Assembly (NCBI GenBank): GCA_021792255.1
Contig: JAJYUZ010000005.1
Coordinates: forward strand, 21,115 to 85,114
DNA: 64,000 nt
DNA from: Thermoplasmata archaeon
GTDB taxonomy: Archaea; Thermoplasmatota; Thermoplasmata; Thermoplasmatales; GCA-001856825
Reading direction: 5' to 3'
Under the pieces are notes generated by a model. That model did no database searches. It saw only the letters and a list, made by a program, of their open reading frames with translations, and was not told the origin of the DNA. Shown here one piece after another: positions 60,501-64,000 of the stretch (position 1 is its first letter; each line of letters begins with the position of its first letter). The position numbers were made by a program, and so were the translations under genes.

Positions 60501-61074
60501 AGCTAATGTTTCAAACTCTGTCACTACGGCGATGAGTGTTCCTCTGAGCGACCTAAATGCATCTATAGCTTCACTGAATGGACTCAATGCAACAATCTCT
60601 ACTGCGTTTGGAACCATGACAGCTTCCCTCAGTGCAATAAATGCTAGAATTGCTAACGTAAGCTCTGGGGTCGCAACAATCACCACAGACGTCGGACAGA
60701 TTAAGGCCAATTTGACTTCGTTGGGGGCGGTCGTGACCGCACTGAACAATGATACCGCGAGGATTTCCACGGATGTCGGAATATTCAATACGACCATCAA
60801 TAACATCAACGCGACTGTGACAATCAGTAATGGCAATCTCGCAACGATCAAGACCGATCTCGGAACGTTCACAGGAAATGTCACAAGCGTTTCAAACGGA
60901 ATAGCGACAATACAGACGGCGCTGGGTACTATACGTACAAACACAAATCAGGTTGTACCGTCCTACGGAACATCATTCCTTCTGGAGATCATAATTCTGA
61001 TACTCGTCATCCTTGCGGTTGCCTTCTCAGCGATGGCAATGATGAATTCCAAGAGGTCTTACAGAAGAGAGTAA
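57547..61074 (+). CDS. Large S-layer-like surface glycoprotein, paralog of 9223-13353
   Basis: Signal peptide; Ig/IPT-like modules; AFP.Q.V.F, FQMPNDN.G..W, GNGALLTGIT; same 28-aa stalk repeats; TM anchor. Confidence 0.85.
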   Translation: MNPKRRFLNQMGLDSKKVFAFLFTLIMVLSVSLIATYGTGQVYGASGSVSYNPTVFSNQETVRVIANGGQFTSGATLNFYLSSTGTFSTSSTYVGTRILPSGATSLTNTLVNISVPATKAPGGYYLAASDNGGTSFTSGTAVTVTALKPSITLSPSTIVSGGATNVTGSEFDPGATVNIYLTNAGGQIIASNIVAPTGYFTAKVTIPNTLPQNSLSDYIVAEEVSSSSPNHGITASTPFAITASIVVSPTDLAPSLSNSIVINGYGFQPSATISSSAISLSGGITSVSNVATSTNSNGQFSTTVTFDSISASGPIAVGVITSPVSTPNNFPSAFFVSQSNATKMGFTFAVIPTIGGTYNVGDTFSAHVYNFPSSQSVNIYLGSTSIGTITTDGNGYGGLVSTIPALSGNTYTPTAVVSSMDLYEQASTSLTIAPYYSVENPSDGMFATGFSEYIPSNAILTIGAYGLSPFTQYDVQDPIVAPSGVYAAGLVTSVSVGTEGVTGIYPAANGTLIFSYSPQYSTTTSTPSTLSMTNGVSLYSYSGNTYQTIGTPVISSPSTINSFANLKQASTQNLYVSSLIPFGSPIYPGTSYYYSAYLGTSQLMVNYSNGVISSEFYAMGGTFTGTFLTPSIVGVFELNITHYGSSYSTDLVSQYDVISAVGSSYSAGHIQVFPLSAGSYEVVGYGYYLKNPTLYYTKYSGLQSGLLETLTNGAFLQQITPGSEPGGTYSVFTELTNASNTYFVYSSYTVSASMTLSSSSGTIGSTPALTIKALEPNTYYNVLFDGSYNTNFVTDSTGTPTSTPTVTVPTAPAGTYYINVSTKNSGVVVLSQKYTVKSNSGLSLSTDSQYAFPTQMVGFTVSAVGFSPGSPPSPGTGGSQTLIGTFALVYLNNTFFAQVPATWTSGSPGTLSGNFQMPNDNAGSFWSISIGAVDEYTVTTVNTGTTYSNAYIPYSETVGSNFLGLAEGNGALLTGITQGQMATLEANVSNSVTTAMSVPLSDLNASIASLNGLNATISTAFGTMTASLSAINARIANVSSGVATITTDVGQIKANLTSLGAVVTALNNDTARISTDVGIFNTTINNINATVTISNGNLATIKTDLGTFTGNVTSVSNGIATIQTALGTIRTNTNQVVPSYGTSFLLEIIILILVILAVAFSAMAMMNSKRSYRRE

Positions 61075-61075
61075 G

Positions 61076-61098
61076 TTCTTTTTTTCTTTTCTTTATTT
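61076..61098 (+). terminator. Oligo-T terminator
   Basis: Long T-rich tract starting immediately after the stop codon. Confidence 0.65.
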
Positions 61099-61218
61099 CC
61101 ATCATATTTTTAAAGGCACATTTGGAAATGCTTCAAGCAACAACTTTCCAGTGGTCAATCATGGTTAGTCATTTATTCACCCATTAGAAACTATAAAAAT
61201 AGAAAAAGGAAGAGGTAT

Positions 61219-63555
61219 CTACTTCTTCCTTCTAATCATAGCAAATATTAGTCCTGCGACGACCAGAACGACTGCAACTATTGCAACGTAGAGATGCCAA
61301 TTAGTATTCTGCTGTGCCTGAATGGAGAGTCTGGACAGAGAACCAGATACGGTCGCGCTACCCGTCAGTTGTGAATTGGACTTAGCGCTGTATCCCGAAG
61401 GAAGGTGAATGCTGTAGGAATAAGTGCCGTTTGGTACTTCGAATCTTACTCCGTTGGTTGTTGAGTTAAGCGTTATGTTGATGTTCTGGCCGTTGAATGC
61501 CGTCCCACTAAGAGTCACAGACCATTTCGTTCCGTTAGGTATTCCGCTCTGATCCACGGCGAGTGCATAGATGGCTACGCTCCAGTCGATGGAATCACTC
61601 GCAGGGCTACCACTTACTGTCACCAATCCAGTATTGGGTGAGGAGTTGTAGCCATTTACTATCTGAACCTGGTACTGGTAACTGCCATTTGGTTCTTTGA
61701 TGGTTATCGTACTGTTGGTCGATGTTAGTGTGCTGCCATTAAACACAACACCCCACGTGGTCCCCTGCGGAAGACCAGATTCCGAAAAAGTGACCAAATA
61801 TTCCACTTCTGTGAAAGTTACCGCCTGATATACTGAAGAACCACTTACCGAGAAAGAGCCTCCCGAAGCCCTGTAGACCTTATCGTTAGTCGCTACGTAA
61901 TATGAGTAGGAACCGTTCGACAGGTTTGCTATGAAAGATGGAGAAGTGATAGGACCAAACGAATCTCCATTTGTCAGGTTGACGTACCACGACTGACCGC
62001 TCGGCAAACCCTGCTCTATGAACGTAACCTGATACGTTTTCTCCAGGAAGTGAATAGTCTCAATGATCGCTATTCCAGCAACTGTCAAACTTCCCGTGGA
62101 GGATGTAAGATAGTAGTTCTTGTTTACACTCGTAATAGAATAGGTATAAGATCCGTTGGCCAGGGCAATGAAATAGGTGCTTCCGCTTATCGGTCCTGAG
62201 GACGATTGCCCAGTCACATTTACGTACCAGACAGATCCAAGAGGCAATCCTATTTCCCGGAATTCGACTTCATATACTGAGGCGGCAAGGGAATACGCCG
62301 TTCCTGCCGAGAAAGTATGGTTACCCAGGCTCGTCACTTGTCCCGTAGCATCGTTGTATATTTCAACGGAATAAGTGCCTGGGTAAATGGTCAGGTTGGC
62401 AAACCCTCCGGTAAAGTCTGTTGCAGAAGTTCCTCCCAAAATTATTGTTCCATTCATTATATTGGAGAAAATTCGCAGATCCGACAACTGCGAACTGTAC
62501 CAAAGGTATTCGAGAGAACCACTTCCGGTGGCCACGTTTGCATAGAGGCCACCGCCAGCATTGAAATATCCCGCGCTAACCGCGTTGAAAACCCCTTCTG
62601 CGGTATCGCTTCCGAAGTTGAATGCGTTCTGGATGGTCTGGAAGTTGTACCCGTTCCAGTACTTCAATTCCAGATTGATGTCTGAGGTCAGCAGCTCAGT
62701 TTGACTCCCTCCTCCAGGGCCTCCCATAATAAGCTCAGCATCGTAGAAGGTGACCCCGTTAGGCTGGTAGACATTCCCATCAACCAGGAAGTATGGAGTG
62801 CTATATGGATGTGGGGCGAAGATCAACCTCGCGTTATCGTATGTGACCCATCCATATCCGTCACTGTAAAGGAAGTCCACCTCAGGGAAACCTTGAGAAT
62901 TGATGAAAGTATCAGTCTCCATATAGAACGTAGTACCCTGGCTGATGCTCACGTTGTCACCAAGTAGATTGGTGTTTGCAAAATCGTAATAGAAGTACTG
63001 ACTCCCAGATAAGCCAATTGTCCCATTCCCGAGAACAGTGGAATTGTACATTGATGCACCATAGGATGAAACGTTCCATATATTGTCTATGAAAAGGAGA
63101 TTGCCATTGGATGTGTTCAGGATAGCAACGTCTTGGATCCAGTATACGTAAAAGGTGTACTGATTTACGTAGAAGTACATGTTCACATTCAGTTGGAAGG
63201 TCATTTCTGTGCTGTGTGTTGTAGAGGTCACGGACTGTAGAGAGTTCACAGTTACCGAACCCAGGAATGAGGAAGTTACGTATGAATATGGGGCACCGTT
63301 CTGGCCGATTCCATAATCTGCTATTCCCATCGGCGCAGGTTCTTTCTGATACAAAGAGATCACATTAACCTGCTGACCTACAGGAAGAGGTGATTGTCTT
63401 AGATTTGGTATGAGATTTGATTGTGCCAAAGTGTTACTTGCCGAATGTCCTGCCGTCATTTCTGCACCGAAAGCATACGAAAAACTGAGCAGTAACGTAA
63501 TTATTACTGCTGCAAAAAACAATGCCTTTGAAGGCGGTTCTATTTGAGCCGTCAT
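61219..63555 (-). CDS. Thermopsin-family (peptidase A5) acid protease with C-terminal Ig-like repeats and TM anchor
   Basis: PAPMGIADYG, FQLN, YWIQDV, FIDNIWN, YDAELIMGGPGGG, FGSDTAE; F.E.GLP.G..W repeats; TM plus RRKK. Confidence 0.9.
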   Translation of the reverse strand: MTAQIEPPSKALFFAAVIITLLLSFSYAFGAEMTAGHSASNTLAQSNLIPNLRQSPLPVGQQVNVISLYQKEPAPMGIADYGIGQNGAPYSYVTSSFLGSVTVNSLQSVTSTTHSTEMTFQLNVNMYFYVNQYTFYVYWIQDVAILNTSNGNLLFIDNIWNVSSYGASMYNSTVLGNGTIGLSGSQYFYYDFANTNLLGDNVSISQGTTFYMETDTFINSQGFPEVDFLYSDGYGWVTYDNARLIFAPHPYSTPYFLVDGNVYQPNGVTFYDAELIMGGPGGGSQTELLTSDINLELKYWNGYNFQTIQNAFNFGSDTAEGVFNAVSAGYFNAGGGLYANVATGSGSLEYLWYSSQLSDLRIFSNIMNGTIILGGTSATDFTGGFANLTIYPGTYSVEIYNDATGQVTSLGNHTFSAGTAYSLAASVYEVEFREIGLPLGSVWYVNVTGQSSSGPISGSTYFIALANGSYTYSITSVNKNYYLTSSTGSLTVAGIAIIETIHFLEKTYQVTFIEQGLPSGQSWYVNLTNGDSFGPITSPSFIANLSNGSYSYYVATNDKVYRASGGSFSVSGSSVYQAVTFTEVEYLVTFSESGLPQGTTWGVVFNGSTLTSTNSTITIKEPNGSYQYQVQIVNGYNSSPNTGLVTVSGSPASDSIDWSVAIYALAVDQSGIPNGTKWSVTLSGTAFNGQNINITLNSTTNGVRFEVPNGTYSYSIHLPSGYSAKSNSQLTGSATVSGSLSRLSIQAQQNTNWHLYVAIVAVVLVVAGLIFAMIRRKK

Positions 63556-63825
63556 ATTTATTCCATTGAATTTATAGTATAGTAGTTAAAGAGCTTTTTC
63601 ACCAAATACAGCATCAAAACATTGACAACATGATCTGACTGGAACTGCTAATCGAACTTGGTATGGGAGAGATGAAATGTTCAATTATTCTTATCGTAAA
63701 GGATACGGTACCCTGCTTTCAGAATAAGGTGAGTACAAATCCCTCGTTGACAAGAAAATTTCGGTGAATATTTCCTAGAAATATCTCGCAAAAACATAAA
63801 TAAGGCACCGACATCTGCAACTCGA

Positions 63826-63899
63826 AGCGGGGTGGGGTAGCCAGGCATCCCGACGGGCTCATAACCCGTAGACCGATGGTTCAAATCCATCCCCCGCTA
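63826..63899 (+). tRNA. Initiator tRNA-Met (CAT)
   Basis: A1-U72 (AGCGGGG/CCCCGCT); anticodon stem ACGGG/CCCGT with three G-C pairs; loop CTCATAA; TTCAAAT T loop. Confidence 0.95.
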
Positions 63900-64000
63900 T
63901 TTTCTGGATCAAAATAATGAGGAACTGTATTGGCATGTTGATGAAGGTTCTCCTTGATTATTATTGATCAGTATTGTAATGAAATGGCTTACATGATATT

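Overview
Archaeal DNA, most likely from an acidophilic Thermoplasmatales-type organism (eS1/S3Ae gene, intron-containing tRNA, TATA boxes about 25-30 nt upstream of start codons, thermopsin). The window runs from rps3ae and an intron-containing elongator tRNA-Met (767-856) to the initiator tRNA-Met (63826-63899). Almost everything between them is cell-envelope related. It holds two large paralogous S-layer-like glycoproteins with a 28-aa repeat stalk and three proteins with Ig-like repeats, one of them a thermopsin. It also has a Wzx-type flippase, two DUF2079-like multi-pass proteins and about eight glycosyltransferases. Four nucleotide-sugar modules are present: CDP-6-deoxyhexose, UDP-GlcA/UDP-xylose, GDP-(N-acyl)perosamine and a duplicated heptose module, plus a GH38 alpha-mannosidase and a GPH transporter. 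Mobile-element material is interspersed: a tyrosine recombinase, two vapBC pairs, a relic with divergent regulators and an 11-bp-phased TTTACCG array, an intact IS630 element and several gene fragments. I found no CRISPR array, rRNA or aglB. All family calls come from motifs recognised by eye, not from database searches.
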